A DNA stretch of 63,666 nucleotides, counting the filler, from Octopus bimaculoides (lineage: Eukaryota), in NCBI RefSeq assembly GCF_001194135.2. It is 6 parts of 6 records of this genome, joined end to end, with 100 filler letters (N's around TTAATTAATTAA, not from the genome) between each part and the next. Parts side by side here need not be neighbours in the genome. Positions count along the whole stretch, not along the records: positions 20,666 to 49,026 come from NC_068981.1; 5 more parts are not named here. The stretch is one strand, 5' to 3'. The notes below the pieces were generated by a model, which saw only the letters and a list, made by a program, of their open reading frames with translations, searched no databases and had not been told where the DNA came from. How positions within the stretch are numbered: position 1 is the first letter of the stretch; every line of letters starts with the position of its first letter. The translations under genes and the position numbers were made by a program. Of the stretch, positions 25,935-38,809 are shown piece after piece.

Positions 25935-26563
25935 AATGGTGCCTGTACATCAATATGAAGCAGGGTAAGGAATGGCTTAGCCCCGGTAAACAAGCGACAC
26001 CACGCGTGAAACAAGATCTTCATCCGCGTAAATCGATGTTGTGCGTATTGTGGGACTGGGAAGGGATTATCCATTACGAATTGCTTGAACAGAACCAAAC
26101 GGTCAACGCGGAACTCTATGTCCAACGACTCAACACGGCTGTTCAAGAGAAAAGACCTAATCGTCAGCATGGAGTTCTTCTGGTGATTGACAAAGCCCTC
26201 ATATCTCCACTATGACCAAGTAAGTCATGCAAACGCATGGGTGGGAAGTGCTGCCACACCCACTGTACTCTCCTGATTTATCACCAACAGATTTCCACCT
26301 CTTTCGATCTCTTTCAAATGCTATGCGCGGAGTTTCGTTCAATACTGACACAGAATTGAGAGCTTGGTTGGATCAATTTTTCGAGTCGAAATCAGGTGAT
26401 TTCTACCAACAAAGTTTTGAAAATCTTGTTGAACGTTGGGAAGAAGTTGTAAGCAACAAGTGTGAATACATTATTGATTAATTACTTGTTATTTCTTTTA
26501 ATTCAACCTTTAAACAAAATTTGAATAAAAAAAATCGACGGAAACTTAGTTGCCAACCTAATA
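25934..26563 (+). mobile_element. 3' half of a mariner (DD34D) element
   Basis: WCLYINMKQGKEWLSP, MLCVLWDWEGIIHYELL, HPLYSPDLSPTDFHLF, ERWEEVV; 3' TIR GACGGAAACTTAGTTGCCAACCTAATA. Confidence 0.92.
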
Positions 26564-27035
26564 TATTGATATACACATTCTTAAGGTGAGTTTGACTTAT
26601 ACAGTATATATAATTCTCTAAGTGTGAAGGATGGAAGGGAACAAGGAACAAAATGAGACACATGCTGCTTCGAGTCTTTTGGATAGAAAGATGTTTTAAT
26701 GTAAACATTTTTGAGTTTTGCATTGAACAATGTGATGGATGTAGCATAGAAAAAAACATTATATTTAATTGACTCGGATACGAATTCTCTGATTGTACCC
26801 CTACAACATTTCATGTAATTTTTCCAATCTAAGTAATGGATTTCTCTTCCTATAAGAACGGCGTTACCTAATCAAAAATTGTGTCACTCCGGTTTTTGGA
26901 GGGGTTACTGTAGATGATAATTGTTCTGGCGTCGTTCTTGTAATTACCGATCCAAATGCAGTGCAATGATGAGGCGGACCTCTAGAAGGTTTGTAACTCT
27001 ATTTTGATCCACATGCGTATTCAGAGTGAAGAGAG

Positions 27036-27081
<46 letters not shown>

Positions 27082-27207
27082 NNNNNNNNNNNNNNNNNNN
27101 NNNNNNNNNNNNNNNNNNNNNNNNNNNNNNNNNNNNNNNNNNNNNNNNNNNNNNNNNNNNNNNNNNNNNNNNNNNNNNNNNNNNNNNNNNNNNNNNNNNN
27201 NNNNNNN

Positions 27208-27256
<49 letters not shown>

Positions 27257-28799
27257 AAGAGTAGGCGTTTTATCCATTGAAGAAACCATAAGATATTCTA
27301 AAAATCTGTTTTAGCAAATAGAAAGAGTATTAAATTGAAATAACAATCTATGTAAGACATTTATTGTAATTGCAACAGGGAAATGAAATTTATTGTTTGT
27401 AAGCGCAGCACGTCTATAATGTATGTAAGCTGTGAATAACTACCACAGCAAAATGCCTTTCAGAGATGTATTTACATTGAGTATGATATAGAGAAGGCTA
27501 TTTCAATTTAATACGGTTTCTATTGCGCTTAACTGACTTTTTACTCAGTCGAGCGGTTTTTCGCAATATCAAGGAATGTTTATTATTTACTGTTTCCTAT
27601 ATATTTGCAGTAATAAACCTCGTCAAACCATGTTACTGAATGTGAGTATATTGATAAGGCCAAACGAAGCTTAAATCTATCTGGCATTCTCGCTAAACGC
27701 TACAGGAATAATTTTCATTTCCCCCTTCTATATATTGTTTAAAAACACAACCCGCCCATAAAATATGTCATCCCAAGACGAATAAGATCTATTTACATTA
27801 AGAATGGCATATTCTATAATGTTAGCTTTTTTCTTTAATTTCTTAATAATACATAGCATAATCTATTCCGAATTGCCTAATATGTTCGCAACGTTTCTGG
27901 AACCTTACCCCTGGCAAAATTCCGTTGCATATGTCCAGAAAGTGTTACATTTGAGTTTGTAAAAAAAATTATATATTCCATTTCCTTTCCGTCATTCCTA
28001 CTATATTTCTGTTCTGGATTTATTTCGTGTTTTTGTTTTATTGACTATATTGAACTTTAAACGTGCAGTAATTTCGTTATGTTTTGCCTGACATAATTAT
28101 CACCATATTTATGTCAATTTGTAAAGAGCGTAAGGCAAACACCAGCTACTTTTCATATCAATGTAAAATTATACCTTGATAACTTGACAGCAGAATGTAG
28201 GCCATGACAATATTTTCTCGTAAAATGTATTTCAATTATGATTACAATGTTCAACATACTTTTTTTCGGACTTCGATTTTGTGGTTGTATTTCATTAAGT
28301 TTGAGATGCTAATTTCAAATATGGTATATATTATTTTCTAGCACGTCATATTTTTATTCTATAGCATATCAATATTTTATGACGTACTATAGGAATAATT
28401 TACTTAGTCAGGATAGTTTACTATGTCTTATAGCTTCAAACCATAAATTATAACGTCAATAGAATATGAAATGATATATGGAGTGTAGGATAGCATCACC
28501 TTTTACTTCATATATACTGTTAATTCTCTAATATGATGGTTGAAACACAAACAATCAAATACATACCTTCATATTTACAGAAAAAAATTCTCGCTTGCGT
28601 GAGCGTCTCGAGTGTTTCATGTATACACAATCTCTTTGAATATTACAGCATGTGTGTGTTCCATCGACCTTGGTATCTCGCCTCCATAATCTTGATTGCT
28701 TGAAAATGTTCATGTCACCGAAATTAGCAGAACGTTATTGAGGAAATGAAGCCTTATGCTCATGTTGCAACCTAAAAGATGAAAGCTATAGAGTAATGT

Positions 28800-29500
28800 C
28801 TCCACTAAATCCTAGTCGTTTGCAGCCGTTTTACTCTCGCCAAATCCTTTCACAACAGCCACAATTGGATACCGTGCTCGTTTTTCTACGTCAGTCATTG
28901 AGTTCAAGAAATTCGAGCATTTCATTAACTTTCTGGCCTGTGGCCCATCAACTACACTAGCCGTTATTTTACCATAACTTAGGCCAGGTAATGTACAATT
29001 TGAAACAACTACCCTCCAAATTAAGAGCTTTGACAAATTGCTATATTATGCCTCCTAGTTTAATATCAAGGAGTGGAAAGAGGATTCTCTCTGGCTCAAA
29101 AAGTTATTGGTGTATGATATTCTTCTTCCCGACAGTCAAGCATTTCCTAACTGGCCAGTGTTTTGGTTCCCAATATTTGTTTTTTCTTGCCTTGCTATCA
29201 CATAACACAGGAAACAGATCGTTTGTATACCCTCCTCATTGACCAAGTAATAAGTTGACCGTGTTTACATCCACACATATGACCTATTTGTGTTCATCAT
29301 ACTTCAATAAATTTTATAAAACATATATGTGATCATAATTCTGTATTAAGTGCACAAAGTGACTAATAAGAAGCGCACCAAACAAGTATCCATTATGGAG
29401 TAATGTACATTTTCAATTTTTCCTTGAATTGTCTACAAAGAGTCTCTATTCACTGCAATCATACTGCTAATACTGGCAGATATGAGGAATGAATTTGAAA
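28800..29500 (-). mobile_element. Chapaev3-like DNA transposase relic
   Basis: RLFVDNS..KCTLLHNG, LKYDEH..ICVD..LLGQ*GGYT, ILFPLLDIKLG..FVKAL, DGPQARKLM; multiple stops and frameshifts. Confidence 0.7.
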
Positions 29501-30538
29501 GTATGTAAATGGCTGTCACTTCTAAGTATAAATTCGAACCAGAAGGTTGCCGCAGGAGATATTTCCGATTAGTTTTGTAATATCACCATTCCCATTATTA
29601 TATGTCACTTTTAAGAAATTGATACAACCATAGAAAAGATTACCTGATAGCAAGTGCCTTAATTTCACTGTGCTTAGTAGGGAGCAGCCACAGGCAATCT
29701 CGTCCTCATCCCATGTCTTCATCCATCTTGAACGTGACTGATGCAATGTCAAAGAACGTCAACAATAGAAGCCTGTTACTCGTTTTCTAGTGAAATGACT
29801 GAGCAGCGTGAAAGCAGTGAATTGCACAATGCTACAGCACAGCAACTGGTCCAGCATTCAAGCCCATAACCATATGATCGTAAACCCAAAATGCTACCCT
29901 ATAGAACTAGAATACACTTTGAACATATATTCAATACATCCGAAGATAAGACCCGCCTCTCAGATTGAAGGCTGTACATGATAAACGTAAATCACGATGT
30001 AATTTGAGAGAGATAATACTAGTCATTGAAAGAGTAGTAATTAAAACTGACAGCTGGTTTCATTTCAAATCGATATATATATAAGTTGGAAAGGATGGAA
30101 TTGTACATCAGGAAGAAATGAAATTTCTCCAATATATTTCTTTATGAATTTTACTGTAACATGAGAAATATTCAATTAATGACAAATATTTAGTTTCACT
30201 TCGAAAGATTTCACTTGGACTTAATATGCTTAAAATTAATTATACTGAAAGCGTAATATACATTGTAATTAAATCATAAATTTATGTCCAACGTATTTAC
30301 TGTAAAATAATATGAAATTTCATTGATATTTGACCGGCATTAATGGTTGACACTCTCAGTATATTTCTCTAGCTTTCATCATGTTCCGTCATCGTGTGTA
30401 CCCAGTATAAACATTGTGAATATTATTGGTTGACGTTATTTCCATATCTGTAGATATATTAATATTTATTGGATTCTTCATCACAGGTAAACATATTTTA
30501 ATTTCCTTTACAACTTCCTCGACCTCCTCTCTTCTCTT

Positions 30539-30540
30539 TG

Positions 30541-30630
<90 letters not shown>

Positions 30631-30656
30631 TTACTACCACCACCACCACCACCCTC

Positions 30657-30694
<38 letters not shown>

Positions 30695-30815
30695 CAACAA
30701 CACCACCATCACCACCACCGCCACCACTACTACTACTACTACTAGTAACGGTAGTAGTTGCAGCAGCAGTTGTAATAGTAGTAGTAGTAGTTGTAGTAGT
30801 AGATGCTGTTGTAAT
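30539..30815. repeat. Compound (CTA)n/(CCA)n/(TAG)n microsatellite
   Basis: Directly visible; switches to the reverse-complement motif near 30743. Confidence 0.95.
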
Positions 30816-31197
30816 GACATCAGTAATAGAAACACTCATATAATACAGTAAAATATTATTACATACAATATTTGTTAAAAGGTGTTTTATCCTGAGATTT
30901 GGTGGCAAAATGTTAAGAATTTTGCAGTGTACAGGATTTCACTTTTCTGCACGTCGACATCGAGTATCTCTTGGTTTCTTCGGAAGCAATTTAGATGTTT
31001 TGCTAAATGCACCAAATATCAAAGAAATAATTGTCGTCTTAAGCTTCCACACTTTGCTCATTGCTCTTCTGATGCTTTTAATTTTTTGAAATTTCTTTGG
31101 TGCCCACTCTGTTATCATATATTAATGGTTGGTTCCATTTTCGTAAGGCATAGAATTTTTAAGATAAATCAGTTTATTAAAAAAGGTAGGCGGAAGA

Positions 31198-31226
31198 GTG
31201 GCTATGTGGTAAGTAGCTTGCTTACC
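31198..31226 (+). mobile_element. 5' stub of a SINE-A head, split by the Tx1-like insertion
   Basis: GTGGCTATGTGGTAAGTAGCTTGCTTACC continues at 33960 (GACCACATGGTTCCGGGTTCAGTCCC). Confidence 0.9.
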
Positions 31227-33943
31227 AAGCGCGTCACTTCCGCTTCCGTTTTGTGGATTGCTTCCGTTTTTGTGTTTTCTGTACTGCAAGTCAGTCGTGT
31301 TTGTTTGTTTGTTGAATTACTGTTTGTGAACTGTCTTCATTGTTGGACTGTTTTACATTAGTGACGCTTCCCGGTGCGGGAAGGTAAGGAATATATTTGT
31401 AAAAAGTACTCTGAAAATTTTACGTTCCTTGTTGGAAAAATTGAAATTTGTCAAGCCGTCATAAACTTTCTTGTTGCGCCCCACCTCAAGTGTGTGTGTG
31501 GGGGAATTGGAACTACTCTCCTCATTTAGAGGAGATTTATTGTAGGTTTCTGCTTGTTAAAAGTGGAACCTATATTGTATTTTTGAACCATTGAACTTTT
31601 TTCTTGCCGTTTTATCGTTACAACCTGCCCCATTGGGGGTAGATTTTGAGCTACTGTCCTTATTTTGAGGAAAATTGATTATACGCTTCCAATTTTTGTG
31701 GAAGCGATACATCTGTGCATTGTGAACGTTTTTAAATTTCGAAAAGCCGGTGTAGACTTTATCACCCCATCTCGCTCCCAGTGGGGGTAAGATTTGAAAT
31801 ATTGTCCTAGTTAGAGGAAAAAAAGGAGAATAATACACGTTTTTTGTTTTGTATTGTTGAATAAATTTCAGCCGAGTATGTCGGTCGATATTATTAGAGA
31901 AAAATGCACTCTGGAGGAGAGTGGTGTCGATGTCGGCAGTGGTGCCAACACTGCAAAAATGTTTCGACTGTTGCAGCTGTAGCAACAGAATCGATTGAGA
32001 GACCAATCGAAAGATTGAACGAATATTTTAAAAGGATGACGGAGGAGGACGGGGATATTAAAATATCGCCCACCTCCAATGCAATTAAAACACACCGAAA
32101 GAGAGTAATGTTCCTGTCTTACTACTGAGTACAAACGTTTCAGATATTTTAATTAGGAAATCATAGAGAAGTCCCTGGCCCCTGTGTGGAAGAACATTGC
32201 CTATATCGCCAGGGGACAGACGTATGCAACCATAGAAATAAGGTTCACAACAGAATAGATTGCCCACGGGTACTCGGAGAGTCCCCTGAAAACAAAGGAG
32301 GTGTTTCTTCTGCCAACTTACATGCGGAGCCGCACTTCTCATGTAAAGGTGACAGAAGTGCAACCTGAAATAGACCCACGAGTAATTGCTGCTCTGCTAT
32401 ACAACAGAACGAAACAGTTAAAATTTTACAAATTACATGCTCTGCCTGCCAGACCTGGATGGGACAGAGCATTTCAGCCATAATTCAGGGGTCAGCGGAA
32501 GACATAGTAATGCTTCCGGACCGAGTGCTCGTGGGTGAGAATGTGGCGTTTCGAATACAGGTGGAGGGCAAAAACCCACCTGTTATGAATGTGGAAAGAA
32601 GAGCCACATTCGACTCAAATGTGAAGAGAGAAAAAGAACAGAAGAGGAAAAAATAAATAATGATAAACTCGTACAGACACCAGGCCCTACATCTGCTAAA
32701 AACAATTTTTAGCCCCAACACACACCAGCTGTCACAAAGACAAATGCTCCCACATCTTGTAGCTGAACAAGTTGGAGATAATCCTTTTCCGCTTTTTGTG
32801 GAAGGGAGGAAAGCCTGTTGTAAAGCGCCCTGTCTGCTGCCAGAATCCACTAAAGGGTGGGCTAAGAATGCCTTGGCTGAAGATGCGAAGATTTGCGTTA
32901 AAGTTGAGGCACCTGTTGATTTACCTGGATGAGGAGCAGGTGTGGTCACCGCACGTCCGGTTCTACCTTCGGAGGTTAACTTCCTGAATGGATATTGGTA
33001 CATGGATCAAGCAGAGACCTAGGCTGGGGGATTGGCAATTGGAGTCCCGTCAAGCACTTCAGCTACTCTCTCGGGCGGGCAATGCCGACAACAGGAGTTC
33101 CACCGCAGATTCTTATAGCGGGTTAGTGGGTTTTGATGTCCGAAGAAGCCTTCGGGTAGACCCTAGGCTACGATAAAAATCAGTTGCTCAAACTTTTCAG
33201 GAGAACGTTCAGGCCGGGATATCTGGATAATTACCAGGAAGCCTTGGCTTGACAGTGCTTCCGTGCGCCGTCACCAGTTTGTGAGAAAGTGTCAAGGCAC
33301 GGAAGTGCCGTCTCGCCAACATGTCCGAGTTGCAAGCAGGACAGGAAAACCGTTTTGCACGCATTTGTGAATTGACCGGAATTAACGGGACTGTTACTTT
33401 TCACAGAACAGCTGTTGCCATCGGTGGGAAGAGTACAGTTATTAGCTGAGTCCATCATCGAGATGTGCCGCATCCTTCCGTTAGCGGGGAGAGGAAAGCC
33501 TGCTTTTTCTGCGTGGTAGTCATATTAAACTAAACAGTATGGAAAGCGCGTGTGAAAGGAATAGTGACGGGTACCTTTGTATCTGGCCAGGGTTTGGTTA
33601 ACTTTTTTATCTACCACTTCAGTAGCAAGATTAGGCTGGAGAAGAGGTACCTGTCACGAGAGGGATTCGAAAAAAGATGGAAGATTGTGGTAAGAAAGCT
33701 GGGAGTGACTGGCACCGAATAAGCGGAGCCCTGGAAAGAAAGCAAGGGTTCCACCCTGGTGGTCGGATGCCTTTCCTTCAGGTAATACATTGCATATGGT
33801 AATGTAATTTCACCAAGTTAAAAAAGAAAAAAAATTAATCGAGATTTTAAACATAATTCATCGTTCGAAATGTTAAAACTACTTCACTATTATTATGTTT
33901 GTCCCATCTTTGTAATGTTGTATGGCAAATATTTCATGAAATA
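31227..33943 (+). mobile_element. Internally deleted Tx1/L1-group non-LTR retrotransposon with 16-bp TSD
   Basis: TSD AAGTAGCTTGCTTACC at 31211-26 and 33944-59; ORF1 relic with CCHC knuckle CYECGKKSHIRLKC (32581-32622); ORF2 C-terminus LFRFLWKGGKPVVKR..KGGLRMP, CPSC..TVLHAFVN, VWKAR..RW ending at TAA 33719-21; AATAAA 33940-45. Confidence 0.88.
31232..31270 (+). promoter_or_regulatory. Putative internal promoter of the Tx1-like element (repeated CTTCCG ETS-type motifs)
   Basis: CACTTCCGCTTCCG and a further GCTTCCG in the first 45 nt of the element. Confidence 0.4.
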
Positions 33944-34096
33944 AAGTAGCTTGCTTACCGACCACATGGTTCCGGGTTCAGTCCCACTGCGTGGCAACTT
34001 AGGCAAGTGTCTTCTAATATAGCCTCGGGCCGACCGAAGTCTTGGTAGACGGAAACTGAAAGAAGCCCATCGTATATATATATATATATGTGTGTC

Positions 34097-34134
<38 letters not shown>

Positions 34135-34327
34135 CGTGTGTGTGTGTGTGTATGTTTGTGTATCTGTGTTTGTCCCCCCCCCCCAACATCAGCTCTGCAA
34201 AAGAGACCGATAGAATAAGTACTAGGCTTACAAAGAATAAGTCATGGGGTCAATTTGCTCGACTAAAGGTGGTGCTCCAGCATGGCTGTAGTCAAAGGAC
34301 TGAAAGAAGTAAGAGAATAAAAGAGTA
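33944..34327 (+). mobile_element. SINE family A body with internal (TA)n(TG)n
   Basis: B-box-like GGTTCAGTCCC; conserved 3' half CGATAGAATAAGTACTAGGCTTACAAAGAATAAG..GGTGCTCCAGCATGGC. Confidence 0.92.
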
Positions 34328-37017
34328 TCCCCTGTGTTATCATATGCTACATCAAATCTATGAACTTATACTCTTTTTCTCTTCTGTCTTTTGTGATCAT
34401 ATTGTGATCTCTTTGCTTCAATAGTAAGATGCGTCATTTGGGGGAAATCACATAAAAGTCTCTTTCACAGCCAGTTGTTCATGTTCAAACTACTTGTCAT
34501 TTATTTCGACGGCACAAACTTGCTTAACTCTGTTACCAGCACAGACATATTTACTCTTATGCACTAATGCCATGTCGGTTCTTAAAGGATCTAATTCAGA
34601 TGTTTTGTTTTGAAATATATATTCCTATTTGCTATGAGGTCAATTTCATTCTACTAGGTCAATATTAACGTGAGCTGGTTCAGTTTTTGCATGGCATGGC
34701 TTTTTAAATGACAAATGAGTCTATTATGTTTTCGGAATTTATATTTTTCGTGTTCCAAGTATATTTTTTCATTTGTAATCTATTTATTTGGAGTACCAGA
34801 GGAATAGAATCTGCTGTGCATATCTACCTTTCAACATTTTTGCAATAATCACATCGTTAGGCCCAGCAGACTCATGAGGTGAAACGATTTTGTACTCGGT
34901 ACCTTATTGCTCAATTTACTGGACAGAGAAAATATATTTGATTATCACTGCTGAACATAACGTTTTCCATATCTGCTCACGATTTGTAATCTGTTCCAAT
35001 TTACATAATTTCGTCCATAATCTTATCATATTTAAGCAACATTTTTACGGCAATTATGCGTAAATCTTGTAAAATATAGATCATGTATATGTGGCAAATT
35101 GCATTCGTTATTGAAGTAAGAAAGTATTTGGTGCAACTATGGTTAACTTCTGCCAGGAATAGGTGAAACTTCTGTCAGAAGTTGTTACCGACAGACAGTG
35201 TCAGTAATTGATGACAAAAAAAAAAAAAAAAAAAAAAAAAAAGACACAGCTATTTCGATTAGTTTGAAAGATTGAGGCGACCAGCAAAATTTGTTTTTAC
35301 TTTGTATTTGAAAAATATCTAGGTGTTTGTTGTACGCGTTTGCACTTGGAATGTACTTATGAAAATTATTTTCGCATCTTTAGTAAGATAAAATCGAACC
35401 TGTCTGGTTTGATAGTAATATTTCTAATGTTGAAATTTTGCTTGTATTTTATATTGTATTGAAATTCACACTAAACTAAACGGTAAAACGAGAGAAATTC
35501 TCCATAAAGATATTTAGTGATATGACTGAGTAGTTTTATTTTGTGTTTTAAAGATTACGGGATGTAATGTGTATCTTATTTACGGAAAAATTATTCTGTA
35601 GATTTTCTGCAAAGTAGTCATTTGCTTCTGCTAATGCGACTTGTAAATTGTCAATCACGGTTTTAGCTTTCCCGGGTAATGTTAGATTGAATACTTTATA
35701 CGATTCTGTTCAGTATTTTCTGTGTCACTGTAAGTTGGATCCATTTGTTGTATATGTTATGATTATATCCTCTCTATACAAATGTAAATTTACAAGAGCA
35801 AATTATTTTATCTGTTTCATAACTCATTGTGGAATGCATATAAGATCAAGAACCTTTATTGCACAATAGCTATTCAAAGCTTATTTGTGTTTGGCAGGAA
35901 ATGAATCCTTATGGAAAATCAATTACATTTGCAGATTCTTAAGAAAGTGAATATGCTTTTTTAGGAACAAAGGTTTTTCGTGGGTGGCTTAGAAGTCAAC
36001 TATACAAAAGTAAGAAAATTTGCGGCTGTGTTTATCTTGTACTATTACGTTATATATATTCCTCGCAGCTTTAAAAAGTGATTCAGCTCCAACAATAGAT
36101 TATAAATGGTTTCATTTATTGATATTAATATCAGGTTATAAACATTATCTTATTCCTATTAGTGGAAACGATCAGTTTGTGTGATTGTGTATAATACATA
36201 CACTACTATACACAATAGGCCTACAATATAGGAGGAGGGGGTCTAATCAATTACATTGACCCGAGTGCTTAACATATCATCATTTTGCAACTTTCCTTTA
36301 GCGATCAGTTCTGTGACCAGCAATTCTCTCTAAATCTAGAGTAGAAACAAAATGCAATGTTAGCAATTCAACTTTAAACATGGCTATAAGTGAAAAGAGT
36401 TCAGTAAATAAATAGATAGAAAAATAGATACATGCTTGTTATGCATAAATACATAGAAATGGAAAATAATTTGCATTATAGAGTATAGTTAGGATTTTCA
36501 ACTTCATTTAAATATTTTGTAACTGAATTGATATGGGTTTGGTACTTAAGGTAATATTACGTTACATAAATTAAACTTATGATAAAATGCTGAATATAAT
36601 TACAGGTTGAATTATAGAAAATTTAACGTTCCGTTATAGAGTGTATAGAACAATTACAAAGTCCACTGTTTCAAATTGCTTACTGGGAAATTCTTTAATA
36701 CTATTGGATAAATAATAGATAAAGCCTTAATTATTCTAAAATATACTTTAAATTATATTTGTAACGGTACATAAAGTCCCTCTATCAGTCGAAAAATCTT
36801 TCTGTACATCGCACAACAATCTGATATTTTACATCAGATTGCTTGATAATTACACACTTTAACCAATGCAAGCAATTATGTCATATATGAAAATGAAGCA
36901 TACATGCAAAATTGTAATTACTAAATTTGAAAAATAGATGGAAATGATTGTTTAGGTTGGCTTGTAAACATTAGTGAATTTATGAATATATCCCTTACTT
37001 AAGATATTAATTAGTAC

Positions 37018-37342
37018 GGTGAAGGCGCATGGTTTAGTGGTTAGGGTAATCGGGTCATGACTTTACGGCGGTGAGTTTGATTCCTGGCGACACGTTGTGT
37101 CCTTGAGAAAGACACGTTATTTTACGTTGCTCCAGTCCCCTCATCCAGCAAAAATAAGTTGTACCTGTAATTCAAAGGACCGGCCTTGTCACATTCTATA
37201 TGAAGCGGAATCTCTCTGAGAACTGCGATAATGATACGTGTATCTGTGGAGTGTTGGTCACTTGTACGTTAATTTCACGAGCAGGCTGTTCCGTTGATAG
37301 GATCAACTGGAACCCTCGTCGTTGTGATCGAGAGAGTGCTAG
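37018..37342 (+). mobile_element. tRNA-derived SINE, head H1 + tail T2
   Basis: GAAGGCGCATGGTTTAGTGGTTAGG head, TTGTGTCCTTGAGAAAGACAC, tail GAGCAGGCTGTTCCGTTGATAGGATCAACTGGAACC. Confidence 0.85.
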
Positions 37343-38592
37343 TTAATTTAGTATGATCTAAAATATGTCAGTCATGTACTCAGTAAAGATGGGGAATATA
37401 CATATATATATTGAGAGGGAGAGAGAGAGAGAGAGAGACAGGTACATCAAAATATTTTCTTTTAATTTTAGAATTGGTCATAAAGCATAGTTATTTGCAT
37501 ACAATGACTCACTCGTGCTTCTGCTGTCCAGAATATATGCAGCTGCACAAGCAACCCTGCATAATTTTCTATGCACTTTGACTCAGTGTCTTTCAGCAAG
37601 CTTTCGTGCATTTGCTGGTAGGCTACTAGAGACGTAGTCATTGGTGTGGTGGAGAATACTCTCTCAAAGTGCAGAGTGGTTAAACCACTTTATAGTCATG
37701 GATAGGCGAGATGACCCACCCTTAATACGATGTAGACGTGATGGACATCACTGTTTCCCCTATGTGTGGCTTGTAACTCTCAGGTACAAGATCAGGATCG
37801 GAAATGAATCATTTCGCAAGTCCACGAGCTATATGCTCATGGCATGCAAATCAAGTGCATGTACACTGGGACAATGTATACCGAACATTGTATGAAATAC
37901 AATCTGCACTAGTATGACAAGCATTTTAAACCGTATATACTTGAGAGACTATTCTCCATCAGTGCCGATAACATCCTACCGGCACTAGGCGGTACTTGTG
38001 CGTTAAATGTATGTAGTTGGTAATGTTTAACATACTAGCACTGCTTTTATTTCATAATTGAATATATTCTTACATACGTACTGCCCGGGCATACTTGCAC
38101 ATGGTTTGCACACCATGAACAGGTAACTTGTGGAGTCGCAAAATAATTCATTTACGATCCTGCACAAAAATGGTAAAACATCGATATCCAACACTCCTTG
38201 CTGGAATTGATTATGAGTTATCTCACCTATCCATGATTCTAACGTGTTTTAACAGCCGATACTTTGACAGAGTATTCTCTACCTCGCCAAAAGCAGTCGA
38301 CCCGCAAATACACGAAGAGTATATCTTAAGTATATGTGGTTGATAATATTTACATATATATATGTGTGTATGTCTGTCTGTGTTTATTCAATCTTGTGCA
38401 AGCATATCTTGTTGAAGGTCATTATTCAGCGGAATACTTATCAGATAAAGCTAAGCTTACGAACAAACAGATCTATCATTAAATAAATATTACTGCACAC
38501 TAACAAGGAGTAAGGAATTTTTCTTCGTTTAATTACAGTTCACAAGAGTCATTTGTCATTGCTGCCGTCTTTGTTTCTTCCTTTCTGTCTCG

Positions 38593-38689
<97 letters not shown>

Positions 38690-38809
38690 CGTGTGCGTGC
38701 GTGCGTGTGCGTGCGTGCGTGTGCGTGCGTGCGTGTGTGCGTGTGTGTATATGTGTACATATAGAGTATGTGGTGAATAAATTGTCGTGTAAATTACGCA
38801 AACAGGAAA

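Noticed and set aside
30389-30908. Poly-Thr/Val/Leu/Ser ORFs, also at 43.1, 53.7 and 61.8-62.9 kb
   Set aside because: Translations of trinucleotide microsatellites with no flanking coding signal.
35216-35242. Poly(A) run suggesting a retrocopy tail
   Set aside because: No recognisable upstream element, ORF or TSD.
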